A stretch of 64,000 bases of DNA from Octopus vulgaris (GCA_951406725.2 OX597822.1:10044001-10108000), one strand, 5' to 3'. Positions 40,497 to 55,046 are shown, counted from the stretch's first letter. A program made the numbers and translations. Notes: generated by a model not told the origin, from the sequence alone.

Positions 40497-41646
40497 AAAA
40501 GTATGCCACACACACACACACACACACACACGCTCACAAAGACACCCACCTACACACACATATACATAACACTTTCATCGGTATGTATAGATGCATTTGC
40601 GCGTGTGTGTATATAAGTATATGCTGAGTGGGCGGAGGCAGACAACAGACAAAATGCGGATAGTCAAATTGATAGATAGATAGATAGATAGACAGAGAGA
40701 TAGATACACATATAGTCAGAGAGAGGGAGAGAGAGAGATAGAGAGAAGGGGAGAGCGATAAATAAATAGACAAACAGATGGATAGAAACAAAAAGAAGGG
40801 GGGAAAGAAGAAGGGTGAGAGAGAAATGAGAGAGGGGAGAGAGATTATTCAAATATATATACATCTGCATTAAGTACCACATATAATTACTTGTCGAGGT
40901 TCTTCTCGATGTCTTCAGTAATACAGCTATTGTGGGCGTGGTTACATCGACTATGTTAATTAGTATTGTGGGCGTGGTTTACCTGCACTGTGTCATGCTG
41001 CATTTATAGTAGTAGTATAGGTGTGGCTAGAGATTTTAATTTGAAAATATATGTCGTTGTCTCTGGTCGGGGTTATAGTAACAACTGTAACGGCATTGAT
41101 GACACATCGGGTAATTATGATTCTTTGTCACTTTGTTGGTCCCTCAACACCCGAGGAAGTCATTAGGGAGGCCATCGATATTATAATCGCACTATACTGG
41201 GTCCCATTGTGTCTATAGGGCCCGATTGCTAAGCTATGTTTGCCGTGGTTGTACATGTAGGGGCCTCAGTACTTTACATACTACTTTTGCCTTGGAGCAA
41301 ACGGTTATCATTCTGTTAGGACAGCTTTTCCCAATATGGCCGACGCCAAGTCCTCTATGCGATTATCTTTCACATTCTTTCAATCATTAGACTGCGGCCA
41401 TTCTGGGGCACCGTCTTGAAGAATATTTTGTCGAATAGATCGACCCCAGTAGTTATTTTTGTAAAAGCCTGGTTCTCATCGGTCTCTTTTGACGAACCGC
41501 TAAGTTATGCGGACAGAAACACACGAACATCGGATGTCAAGCGATGATGGGGGGTGGGGACAAACACAGACACAATCACACAATATATATATATATATAT
41601 ATATGTATATATGTAAATTAATATGTGACAATTATTCAATAGCCAA

Positions 41647-41707
41647 GATAAAACTCTGAGTTTCGGATGCCGAAGTGGAAATCCACAACACCATCTCTTC
41701 GGTTATC
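41647..41707 (-). ncRNA. Hammerhead-like motif, family H4 (core U4>C)
   Basis: gataa-CCGAAGA-gatg..catc-c-GAAA-CTC-A-GAG-TT-ttatc; stem I GATAA/TTATC, near-palindromic stem III. Confidence 0.55.
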
Positions 41708-42413
41708 TGGCCATCTAGAAAACGCTATGAAAAAATACCGTTATACAAAGGGAAATTACTGTGTTATAATTCCGCTACTTATATAAATTAAGATTAAAAG
41801 TTCATAGTAAACACGTAAGCATGGTTACTCATACGCGCATCCACGTGCGTACTTATACGTAACTATGAAAACGTAAACATTTTCACTCGCATTTATCGCC
41901 AAATGTGTACGCATATATATACAAACTCGTACACACACACGCGTACCGTAAAAGTTCATACATACGTCTATATACGCACAAGCACAAGAAAAAACATGGT
42001 TAAAGGTAACAATACAGAAAAAAATCATAACGTAAAAACCACGTTCATATACCGACATGCCCTTATGCACGCATACACACACACGCCCATATATGTACAT
42101 ACCCGCACATGTTTATATACGCACACACACGCATTCATAAAAAAGGATTATACATACGCCCAAAAAACCCCCGAGAAAATTGTAAAAATACTAAGTAAAA
42201 ACGTCTATATATATATGTATTCACACACGCACACATCTATATACATACACACCTGCCCACTCATATATATTCACACACGTGTACAAATGAATCTATATAC
42301 ACGTCTATATAGGCACAGGAAAAAATGCAGGATGGAACAGTACAGAAAAAATTATTATGTGTAAAAATATAAAAATATATATATATATAATATACACACA
42401 TATATATATACAC

Positions 42414-42445
<32 letters not shown>

Positions 42446-42601
42446 AATGTATACCGCGACAGGCTTCTTTTAGTTTCCGTCTACCTAATCCACTCCCAAG
42501 GCCTGAGGCTATAGAAGATTACTCTTGCACAAGGTGCCACGCAGTGGGACTATATATATATATGAATATATACGCATCTTGATGCTGACATAAGTTCCTT
42601 G

Positions 42602-42685
42602 TTTTTCCTGATGAGAAGGCGGCATAATGCACCCCTTATTCCTTCGAAATTAGGAATATGCAGCCTTCGAAACATATGTCGAGAA
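42602..42685 (+). ncRNA. Type I hammerhead ribozyme with extended stem II, family H5
   Basis: ttttc-CTGATGA(42608-14)-gaaggc.gca...tgc.gccttc-GAAA(42669-72)-CATATG-TC-gagaa; inner hairpin TATTCCT/AGGAATA; predicted cut after GUC at 42680. Confidence 0.85.
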
Positions 42686-42726
42686 TAAAGGAATTTTGTT
42701 AAATCGTCGTTCAACTCCATTCTTTC

Positions 42727-42784
<58 letters not shown>

Positions 42785-42788
<4 letters not shown>

Positions 42789-43070
42789 TGTTATATTTCG
42801 GAATGGTCATATTGCCAGTTTAGCCAATAAAAACACACGCACTATATATTTGGTGTTATTTTGCTTCAATGTTATTTATTTTTCACATTAATCTTAATCT
42901 TATTTCGGCCAGAGTTCTTTCGTCACACTCCTGTGACCGCATCAGTGGTCCTTTGTTTCCTTCTTACTTATTTATTGGCTAAACTGGCAATATGACCATT
43001 CCAAAATATAACAATATCTGTTTCAACACACGACTTCACATAAAAAATCTTGCACAACAAATATTTAAAC
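42785..43070 (-). mobile_element. Short element family H3 with 47-bp inverted repeat enclosing a hammerhead-like motif
   Basis: Arms 42785-42831 and 42971-43017 (1 mismatch); minus strand cca-CTGATGC-g-gtcaca-ggag-tgtgac-GAAA-GAAC-TC-tgg at ~42908-42949. Confidence 0.72.
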
Positions 43071-43133
<63 letters not shown>

Positions 43134-43753
43134 TATATTCTGTTACCGCTCTAGTTGTTTCAGTCATCTGACTGCAGCCATGCTGGAGCACCACATTGAA
43201 AACCACGCCTTCGCCTTATGGTAACTCGAGTAAATGGTTAAAGCTGGTCGTTATTTAAGCGCTAGAGAAATACTGATACAAAAGTACGGACATCTCCCGC
43301 GTAACGGAAGTGATTACTCTTCTGTAAACATTATCATAATGTAAAGTTCTGAACGCGGAAACATTTCCCATTGACCCTCAATGTTGCATAAAAGTTAGAA
43401 TAAAAATACGTCTTGCATTACGGCGCTCAACGCTAACGTAATATTTTCTTAAATACAATGCTTACGTAATGCGAGCCATAAGCCGTAGAGCTATAATGAG
43501 AGTAATGAGATTCTGCGTTAGTAATAACCGTAAAGAATTGGCGTAGCCTGTGATTAATGGGAGCAGCGATATGACCACATCTATTGTAGAAACAGCCGTA
43601 AACAGAAAAGCATGGCCATCACTCGCAAGCAAGCAATGTGTGATAGCATGTGTCGCGTTATCGTTTTAAGTGCCTTTGGAGTTGCGATCAGATAGACACT
43701 AATCTCAGCTGTTTTACTCTTGAAAACTGAGGACATAAGAGAAAGAGAGAGTG

Positions 43754-43803
<50 letters not shown>

Positions 43804-44555
43804 CTCCACCAAGATTGGCTGCAACACTTTTTCAGCTTTGTAAACTGGAGCAACGTAAAACGAAGTGTTTACTCAAGTACACAACGCGCTACCCGGTCCA
43901 AGAGTCGTAACCACAACCTTGTGATAATAATCCCAACACACAAATCACTAAGCTGAAGAGCGTTAGAATTTCCTTTTATCCTCCAAGGGGAGATAAACTA
44001 AATTACCAAACAAGAAGGAGTGTCTTTGTGGTCGGCTAAATCACAGATTTAGCATTGGTGTATGCTTTGCATACTCTTATACTAAATCTATTGAGAGCTA
44101 CTGATGAACATGAGTCTTTTAGAAGGGAAGCTAAACTGTTATTGCACCGGAAAAAATACAAATTCCTGCTGTCGAAATCTTTCAAGAGAATAACTACGAA
44201 CAACAGACTTCCGCATCATAATCGCTAGCTTCTATGAAATTACAAACAATATTCGAAGATAATGTTGGCCTTTAATCAACTGATTAAATCATCTAATCTA
44301 TTCTATAGTAGTGATGGTAGTATCGAGAAAGAAACCTTGATTAATCATAACAGAGTCACAGTCTCATCAATTTCAACTACCAAAATCAAAATGGAAAGAG
44401 ATTACACAACATGAAACTTAAAAAAGAATAATGGAAATAATTTTCTTATTTATTGAAATAGAAAAGTAGGGGTGCCAACTAAAAGAAGAATATTGAAAGG
44501 GGGATAAAAACTGAAACCCATAGTTAAAACCTTTAACATTAACAGAGACAGTAAG

Positions 44556-44802
44556 GCGGTGAGCTATCAAACTCCTTAGGTTAACGGGCAAAATGTTTAC
44601 TCTCTCTTTTCTCTTTTACTTGTTTCAGTCATTTGACTGCGGCCATGCTGGAGCACCGCCTTTAATCGAGCAACTCGACCCCGGGACTTATTCTTTTGTA
44701 AGCCCAGTACTTATTATATCGGTCTCTTTTGCCGAACCGCTAAGTAACGGGGACATAAACACACCAGCATCGGCTGTCAAGCAATGCTAGGGGGACAAAC
44801 AA

Positions 44803-44841
<39 letters not shown>

Positions 44842-45170
44842 CATATATACGACGGGCTTCTTTCAGTTTCCGTCTCCCAAATCCACTCACGAGGCTATAG
44901 TAGAAAACACTTGCCCAATGTGCCACGCAGTGGGACTGAACCCGGAACCATGTGGTTGGTAAACAAGCTACTTACCACACAGCCACTCCTGCTTAGCGAT
45001 GTTTTGTTTGTCTTTACGTTCTGGGCTCAAATTCTGCCAAGGTTGACTTTGACTTTCATCCATTCCCAGTTGATAAAATAAGTACCAGTTGAGTACTGGG
45101 GGTTGTTGTAAATGACTTACCCCTTTCCCAGAAATTACTGATCTTGTGCCAAAATTTGAAACCAATATTA
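44556..45170 (+). mobile_element. Type 2 SINE split by an antisense type 1 SINE (44596-44991)
   Basis: Head ...GGGCAAAATG resumes as CTTAGCG...TTACGTTCTGGGCTCAAATTC after the insert. Confidence 0.85.
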
Positions 45171-45835
45171 GTAAAAATGGGAGAGGTTTTTAGGAACAAA
45201 GGGTGCGCTAAATCTAAATTTGTTGTCTGTAGCCGACTAGTTAAAATTATGGACGGCCTATAACTGAAAAGATGAAATTAAATACCGTAAGTTTTTTGTT
45301 ACATGCGTTTAGAAAATTCTAACGATTATGCTAAATCAAAAATCCTAATTATATAATATAATGCTAACATCAGAACAATAGTTTTTTGTGTGTGGGTGGG
45401 TAATGTATGGGGTTGTTAGTTGAGTCTACAACTCCAGTGCTTAGCAGGTGCTTTGTTTTACTGATCCAGGATGACTGAAAGACAATGCGAATTTCGGCTC
45501 AATGTGAACTGGAAGAGTTCAAAGGCTGAGTAAATGCTGTATGGCATGGTGGATTCTACCAATCCACGCGCAATAACAATGAATGTTATTAATCAGAATA
45601 TCTAACACAAAACCAGAAATTTTGGAGAAGAAGAGGAGGAAAAACCATCGACTCAGTAGGTGTCTGGTACTATATTTTATCGACCACGAAAGGTTAAAAG
45701 ACAAAGTTAATCTCGGTGAAATTTGAACTCAGAACGTAAAGAGCTGAAAAAATGCTGTTACGCATTTTCTTTGACGCGATAACGGTACTGCCACCTGAGT
45801 CTCATAATAATAATAATAATAATAACAACAATAAA

Positions 45836-46381
45836 CAGAGCTGAATGCGAGAAACAGGATCGAAGCGATTAATGATTTAGCCATACCAGTCGTGACTTAC
45901 AGTTTTAATATCGTTAACTGATCAATTACTGAAATATGTAATTTTCACAGAAAGATACGAAAACTGTTGACAATCCATAGAATGCACCACCCTAAGGCAG
46001 ATATAGAACGACTTTATCTGCCAAGAAAAGAGGGAGGCCGTGGACTTTTACAACTAGCAATAACAACGAAGATTGCTGCAATTGGCCTAGACACCTACCT
46101 GAAAAACTCTGAGGACTGAATGTTAAAACTTATCTCAAAACATGAAAACAAGAAAGCATCATACTCAGTAACAAAACAGGCAAAGGAATATCTAAGTGAA
46201 TTCCGAATACAACAAATTTCGGAATTAGAGATAGACATACAAGAAACAAGCACAGAAAAAGCCAAGCGCATGAAAACCTGTGCTAAAACTGCGGCCTTAG
46301 ATATTCTGATTAATAAATGGCAAGAAAAACCTCTTCAATGGCAAATACCCAAAGAGAGCGAATAATGCAGATGTTGACAAG
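45836..46381 (+). mobile_element. R4/Dong-like family A internal fragment (duplicate of 47087-47630)
   Basis: Homologous to 9680-10215; preceded by (AAT)n. Confidence 0.9.
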
Positions 46382-47032
46382 AAACAATGAAATCATATTA
46401 TCTCTAGCTGCCCAGTCCTGTCTAAGAAGGAATATATTCACAGACATGACAGAGTTGGAACCTACATACATTGGAAGCTATGCCAACATTATGGAATAAC
46501 AACAGAAAAAAGATGGTATAGGCACACACCAGAAAAGGTCACAGAAAACGAGAAAGCAACCATACTCTGGGATATGCCGATACACACAGATAGAGAAATT
46601 AAGGCCAACAGACCAGATATAGTTGTCAGAGATCATGAAGAAAAAAATGCTTTTTAATTGATGTATCAATACCGGCAGATGACAACGTGTCTCTAAAAGA
46701 AATGGAGAAACTCTCAAAATACAAAGACCTGGAAATAGAGGTAACTAGAATGTGGAATCTGAAAACAGAAACAATTCCTATCATAGTAGGTGCATTAGGC
46801 ATGATAAAAAAATATTCAGACAAATACATAACAAAAACACCAGGACTTACAAACACATATAACATACAGAAAATTGCACTACTAGGCACTGCCCACATCC
46901 TACGCAGAACACTTTCCATACAATAACCATCAGAGCATCACAACAAATCACAGCACATACCCAAGGCACACAGAGCTGCGCTCGGTAGTGAAGTGAAAGC
47001 ACGCTATAAAAATAAAAATAAAAATAAAACTA

Positions 47033-47035
<3 letters not shown>
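46379..47035 (+). mobile_element. R4/Dong-like family B 3' end
   Basis: HIISSCPVL, RHDRVG, ILWDMPIHTDREIKANRPDIVV, IDVSIPAD, KLSKYKDLEIE, IQKIALLGTAHILRRTLS; distinct 3' UTR followed by (AAT)n. Confidence 0.9.
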
Positions 47036-47082
<47 letters not shown>

Positions 47083-47086
47083 TAAA

Positions 47087-48519
47087 CAGAGCTGAATGCG
47101 AGAAACAGGATCGAAGCGATTAATGATTTAGCCATACCAGTCGTGACTTACAGTTTTAATATCGTTAACTGATCAATTACTGAAATATGTAATTTTCACA
47201 GAAAGGTACGAAAACTGTTGACAATCCATAGAATGCACCACCCTAAGGCAGATATAGAATGACTTTATCTGCCAAGAAAAGAGGGAGGCCGTGGGCTTTT
47301 ACAACTGGCAATAACAATAAAGATTGCTGCAATTGGCCTAGATACCTACCTGAAAAATCTGAGGACTGAATGTTAAAACGTATCTCAAAACATGAAAACA
47401 AGAAAGCATCATACTCAGTAACAAAACAGGCAAAGGAATATCTAAATGAATTCCGAATACAACCAATTTCGGAATTAGAGATAGACATACAAGAAACAAG
47501 CACAGAAAAAGCCAAGCGCATGAAAACCTGTGCTAAAACTGCGGCCTTAGATATTCTGATTAATAAATGGCAAGAAAAACCTCTCAATGGCAAATACCCA
47601 AAGAGAGCGAATAATGCAGATGTTGACAAAGCCCTGACCCATTAATGGCTAATGGCCTCTGGTTTAAAATCTGAAACAGAAGGGTTTATCATAGCAGCTT
47701 AAGATCAATGCCTACCAACAAGGAACTACCAGGCCAACATATTAAAGAACGGCAGTAGCCCAACATGTCGAGTATGTCAACAACAAAATGAAACCATTGA
47801 TCATGTTGTCTCCAAGTGCAGTCTTCTGGCGCCTATAGACTATCTCAACAGGCATGATAGAGCTGCACAATATATTCACTGGGTAATTTGCAGAAGCCTG
47901 GACTTGCCCCATGATAAAAACTGGTGGGAACACAAACCATCTCCAGTGCTTGTAAATGACCACATCTCACTCCTCTGGAACTTCCCCATTCAAACTGACA
48001 GAAAGATAGATGCGAATAGGCCAGACATCATATTGAAAACTTCAGACAAAAATCACGCCTCCTCATTGATATGACTGCCCCGATCGATATACGTATCTGT
48101 CAAGACCTACCAAAAACTGAGCAAATATAAAGATCTTGAAATAGAAATCAGCAAAATGTGGAACCTGAAGACTAAAACAATACCTGTTGTCATAGGTGCC
48201 CTCGGAATGATTGCAAAAGGGGCTGGTTGCTACCTAACTTAGATACCAGGATACCCCAAAATGGCAGAAATTCAAAAGATAGTGCTCATGGAAACTGCTC
48301 ATATCCTACGCAAAATACTTTCCATGTAATGTCACGTTTTAAAACAAACAAATTCCTTATGGTTTCTTAAACATTCTCTTGAACAACACTATGCACAAAA
48401 CCAAATATATGGCACCCTAGGCATAACACCAACATGAACTTCCAACTTGTTGTCCTTTGAGGTCTCTGGGTGAGACTTGGAGCGCACTTGTACAAATGTA
48501 AAGCAAAAGTCAAACATAG
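47087..48519 (+). mobile_element. R4/Dong-like family A, 5'-truncated 1.4-kb copy
   Basis: Collinear with 9680-11108 including the identical end CAAACATAG|AATAATAAT; (AAT)n on both sides. Confidence 0.93.
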
Positions 48520-48591
48520 AATAATAATAATAATAATGATAATAATAATAACAATAATAATAATAATAGCAACAACAACAACAACAACAAC

Positions 48592-48645
<54 letters not shown>

Positions 48646-49134
48646 GATGATGATGATTATGATGATGATGATGATGATAGTAATAACAAGAAATTGCACC
48701 TTTTCCTCAAATGAAGGAAAAAACTGTAAAATCAGTAAATTTGTAACGCAGACACACGAAACGGTTTGATAAGAAAAAAGCTGTCGTTAAGAACTAAAAT
48801 AAAATTATCGATAAAATTAAATCTAAAGAGCTAAAGAGCGGATATGATAATTATTTAATAAGTTCTCTGGCATTTGGTGAGAGATTATCAGATAAAACTT
48901 AGACTGAAGCAATAAAGTATATTAAAACGTATCAGGAATATTAAAAAAAAAATTGCAAAAATGATATTTGTGAAAAGAAAAGAAAAAGTAGAGTTTATGA
49001 TTAGAAAGGTTTTTTTAGTTCAGATATGTTAGAGGTTTCTCTCCAATGTTATGAATGCGCCAGAAAATAACATAACTTGCGGGGTACTAAATAAATATAT
49101 AGAAGTTAAGATAATGTGAAATAGTATACGAACG

Positions 49135-49393
49135 GCAATACCACCACCACCACCACCACCACCACCGCCACCACCACCGGCGCTGCCAGCAACACTACCA
49201 CTACCACCACCACCCCCACCACCACCACCACCGCCACCACCGCCGCCGCCGCCAGCAACACTACCACCACCACCACCACCACCACCACCACCGCCACCAC
49301 CACCGGCGCCGCCAGCAACACCACCACTACCACTGCCGCCAGAGCCGCCACCACTGCCACCAGCAAAACCAGCACCACGACCGCTACCGAAAA

Positions 49394-49428
<35 letters not shown>

Positions 49429-49537
49429 TTACTGCTACTACCTACATTAACACTACCATCACAACATCCAGCATTATCATTACAAAAGCGATAACAGCAG
49501 CAAGGGCAGCAACAACAACAACTACAACTACTACTAT

Positions 49538-49572
<35 letters not shown>

Positions 49573-49615
49573 ATAATAATAATAATAATAATAATAAAAG
49601 TAATAATAATAATAA
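49135..49615. repeat. Compound (CCA/CCG/CTA/AAT)n triplet tract
   Basis: Directly visible; gives the poly-Gly/Ser/Ile ORF. Confidence 0.9.
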
Positions 49616-49616
49616 T

Positions 49617-49992
49617 CCTTTCTACTGTAGGCACAAGGTCTGAAATTTTTTAGTGGGGGGGGACTAGTCGATTATATCGACCCCAGTGTTTCACTGGCAT
49701 TTAATCTATTGATCACGAAAGGATGAAAGGCAAAGTCGACCTCTGTAGAATTTGAACTCAGAACGTAGCGACGGGCAAAATACCGCTAAGCATTTCGCCC
49801 GTCAAAGCGACAAGATGGTAGAATCGTTGGCACGCCAGATAAAATGCTTACCGGCCTTTCGCTTATATTTATGTCCCGAGTTTCAAATTCGGTCGCGGCT
49901 GACTTTGCTCTTTACCTTTTCAAGGGTCGATGAAATAAGTACCAGTTGAGCACTGGGGTCGAAAATACAGGCATTGTGCCAAGATTTAAAAC

Positions 49993-49995
<3 letters not shown>
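49617..49995. mobile_element. Divergent pair of type 2 SINEs, each ending in (ATT)n
   Basis: Minus copy 49617-49800 and plus copy ~49815-49995. Confidence 0.75.
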
Positions 49996-50055
<60 letters not shown>

Positions 50056-50069
50056 CATTATTATTGTTG

Positions 50070-50124
<55 letters not shown>

Positions 50125-50134
50125 CATTATTAAG

Positions 50135-50584
50135 TAGTTTTATACTTATAGCGTGCTTTCACTTCACTACCGAGCGCAGCTCTGTGTGCCTTGGGTATGT
50201 GCTGTGGTTTGCTCTGATGCTCTTGTGGTTACTGTATGGAAAGTGTTCTGCGTAGGATGTGTGCAGTGCCCAGTAGTGTAATTTTCTGTATGTTATATAT
50301 ATTTGTAAGTCCTGGTGTCTTTGTTATGTATTTGTCTGAATATTTTTTTTATCATACCTAATGCGCCTACTATGAAAGGAATTGTTTCAGTTTTTAGATT
50401 CCACATTCGAGTTACCCCTATTTCCAGGTCTTTGTATTTTGAAAGTTACACTATTTCTTTTAGAGAAACGTTGTCATCTGATGGTATTGATACATCAATT
50501 AGAAAGCATTTTTTCTTTATGATCTCTGACAACTATGTCTGGTCTATTGGCCTTAATTTCTCTATTTGTGTGTATTGGCATACA

Positions 50585-50586
<2 letters not shown>
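50135..50586 (-). mobile_element. R4/Dong-like family B 3' end
   Basis: Reverse complement of 46573-47035; lies between (TAT)n tracts 49996-50131 and 50587-50998. Confidence 0.92.
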
Positions 50587-50671
<85 letters not shown>

Positions 50672-50715
50672 TACTACTACTACTATTATTATTATTATCA
50701 TTATCATTATTATTA

Positions 50716-50764
<49 letters not shown>

Positions 50765-50834
50765 CGTTATTATTATTATTATTATTATTGTCATTATTAT
50801 TACTATTATTATTATTATTATCATTATCATTATT

Positions 50835-50902
<68 letters not shown>

Positions 50903-50916
50903 CGTTATTACTATTA

Positions 50917-50998
<82 letters not shown>

Positions 50999-51493
50999 GT
51001 TATCGATGATGATGAAAGATTAAAATAACGAGGAGGAGAACGTTTGATGATAAAAAGGATAGATGGTGGTGGTGACAGTCGTAGTAGTGGAGGTAGTTGT
51101 TAAATTCGAAGTGGCGGTGTTGTTGTTGATGATGATAGTGATGATGATGATGATGATGATGGTAATGTTGGTTTGGTGTGGATGATGCCGAAGGCGGTGG
51201 TGACGAGATGGATGGGAATGTTTAGAAAATGGAAACTAGTAACAAAGAGAAACACCTGCAATGTAAAAGTATACGACCATCAAATCTTGGTGAGTGATAA
51301 CAAATGAAGATAGGAGATGGTGGCTTCTTTTTTAAGTTGCGCACAAATTATGAACGACTATGTAAGACAGGGTGAGCGATTGATATATCACGCACATACA
51401 CACACAAATACATACATGCATACATACATACATAGATAAATACATACATACATACATACATACACACATACGTACATACATACAAACATACAC

Positions 51494-51532
<39 letters not shown>

Positions 51533-51604
51533 CATGAATTAATGTGTTTATATATGTATATCTCTCTCATGTTATATGTATGTGCATAATAACATATGTA
51601 TATT

Positions 51605-51667
<63 letters not shown>

Positions 51668-52043
51668 GTATATAGATATGTATATGTATATGTATGTATA
51701 TGTGTGTATATATATGTATAGATATGTATATATATATATGCATATATATACATATATATGTATATGTAATTTTTCTTTTGTTGCATATGTTTTATGTATG
51801 TGTATTGATATGTATATATGTATGTGTATATATATGTATCTCTATATGTATGTATGTATATATATATATATGTATATATACGTGTATGTGATGCATTTTG
51901 ATAGGCAATAATAACGATTAAACAGAATTATCAGTGACAGAACTTCAAAATCTAGTCTAATCTCTATGTATTAGTAATTAAGCTGCGACTTATCTCCCGT
52001 CAATAGCATATATATAGATACACACACACACACACAGACACAG

Positions 52044-52076
<33 letters not shown>

Positions 52077-52406
52077 CGCACCAAGGCACGCAAATACTCG
52101 TACCAATCTAAAGATGTATATCTCTGTCTGTTTGTATCTCTTTCACTCTCATACACACACACACACATACACACACACTCACACACACACACAGACACAC
52201 ACAGACCATCAACTCCAAATATATTCTGTATGTGATATTTTTCTTCCCATTATATTTCTTTGCGTTTCAATGACATCTTTGTCCCCATCAATTTTATGAT
52301 TATTTGCAATTATTCGTTGAGCACTTATACTGAATTAAACTTAACTTAACTGATTCAAGATGTAATCTATTGGATTCATAATGTTTCTAAAATGACGCAT
52401 GCATAA

Positions 52407-52756
52407 GGCGGCGAGCTGGCAGAAACGTTAGCACGCCAGACGAAATGCTCAGTGGTATTTCATTTATCTTTATGTTCTGAGTTCAAATTCTGCCGAGGTT
52501 GACTTTGCCTTTCATCCTTTCGGGGTCGATTAAATAAGTACCAGTTACGCACTGGGGTCAATATTATCGACTTAATCCGTTTCTCTGTCCTTGTTTGTCC
52601 TCTCTGTGTTTAGCCCCTAGTGGGTAGTAAAGAAATAGCTATTTCATCTGCCTTTACATTCTGAGTTCAAATTCCGCCGAGTTCAAATTCCGCCGAGGTC
52701 GATCTAATCCACTGGCCTCCACCCCATAATTTCAAGCCTCGTGCCTAGAGTAGAAA
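52407..52756 (+). mobile_element. Type 2 SINE: head, one unit, partial unit and tail
   Basis: Same unit junction AAAGAAATAG.TATTTC.TCTGCC as in the 26-kb array. Confidence 0.88.
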
Positions 52757-52983
52757 AAAATGACATTTGCATACATACGCGTACGCGCGCACACACACAC
52801 ATATGGACATATACAGACACACACACACATATATATATACGGATATACACACATGCACACACACACACCACACACACACACATATATAATCTGGACATAT
52901 ACACATATACATACCTGGATGTATGGCTGGCTGGCTGGATAGATGAATGGAAGGACGTTTGCTTGTAGGTATGCATGTATCTA

Positions 52984-53400
52984 CCAGGCTAAGTCAAAAC
53001 TTTTTCGGATTTTCTTTTAATTATTCTTTATTTTACAGCTTTGATAATCACTGGTGATAGAAATTGCAATTAGAGCGAATACACATTACCTGGTGTAAGG
53101 GCAGCGGCAAACGAGATTAATGATGTGGGTGGCTCAGGTACTGCTAATGAATGTGTGGTACAAAACTGGTTCAAGGAAGTTAACAGCAGCCTCGGAGACA
53201 AAATAGGATTAGGGAGACCTTCGGTGACGGGAAATGAGTCTTTTGCTCGAAATGGTTGAACAACAGCCAAGTACAACCATTTGTACATTTTCAGTCGTAC
53301 TTGGTCCCTCTAAAAGCGCAATCAATGCACATTTCCATACGATTGGCCTTCTGAGCAGACGCAGTCGAAAATCTACCCATGAACTGATTAATGACTAGGC
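52984..53400 (+). mobile_element. Mariner 5' fragment
   Basis: TA-CCAGGCTAAGTCAAAA TIR-like start; AANEINDVGGSGTANECVVQNWFK..GRPS HTH region. Confidence 0.7.
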
Positions 53401-53449
53401 TCGACGATACATACACACAGACAAACACGTGTGTGCGTGCATGCGTATG

Positions 53450-53521
<72 letters not shown>

Positions 53522-53799
53522 AGTGATTGTGTATAGAAGAATATATTAATATTAACCTTGTCTGATTTTCACGTTTTATTTAAATCTTATAACGATATAT
53601 TATAAGATAATATATTATAATTGAATAAAATAAAATGAAATAGTAGAATGATTGAACTAGTACTTTCATGCATTAGGTTCTGCAATATTCGGGTTCATGT
53701 AGTAGTGTTGACAGTCATGCTTCACAATTGTTGACTGTATATAAATTGTTGACTATATATAAATATATAAATATACGTTTAAATATTTGTTGTGCAAGA

Positions 53800-53995
53800 T
53801 GTATGAAACAGATGTTACATATGAATATCAGAGGAGGTACATTCATATTTAATTTAGTTTGTATTTCATAATCTCTGAAGAGGCCTTGGGATATTTTTGT
53901 AAGTGTCTCATTTACAACTACATAGTTACCTATCACACATGGCTAATATGGGCATAATGAGACACCCATATATGCATGGCCGAAACAGCAGTATA
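53800..53995 (+). mobile_element. Penelope-type terminal repeat copy, family H6
   Basis: atct-CTGAAGA-ggcc..ggcc-GAAA-cagcag-TA; near-identical to 55420-55574 (-) and 55568-55673 (+). Confidence 0.75.
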
Positions 53996-54333
53996 TTGGT
54001 TACAGCAGTATATTGAATAACTGATATCCCATAGTGGGTTACACTCATAACCCCTATCTCACTTTGTACTTTTAAGTTAATTTTCTGAGGAATTTGCATT
54101 GTTTATACTTATGTACATGGAGTCTCTATTCAATACTTTAAGTGTTATTAGTACGAGTACATTCAAGTATAGTACATCAATTCCTCAGGATGAATACTGC
54201 TGGTAAAATGGAGAAGATTTGGATCAATTCATCAATGAAAGATATACCCATACCAACTAGGAATTGGTAATATCTGTAAGTCGATGATTGAAATGAATCT
54301 GTTCCTCCATTTTTTTTTCTTATTTGTATATAA

Positions 54334-54771
<438 letters not shown>

Positions 54772-54907
54772 TTATAATTTTACCCTTTAAAGGTATTTTA
54801 ATATGCTACCACTAATATATTTAATTTTTTTCTTTATGATTTGGTTTATATCTATCATTGTCTGAATTACATAATATTGTTTTTTCTCTAATTTATATAT
54901 ATTATAA

Positions 54908-54996
<89 letters not shown>

Positions 54997-55007
54997 TATA
55001 TATACAT

Positions 55008-55046
<39 letters not shown>

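Noticed and set aside
49029-49634. 201-aa Gly/Ser-rich structural protein
   Set aside because: Begins in a SINE tail and consists of consecutive triplet microsatellites.
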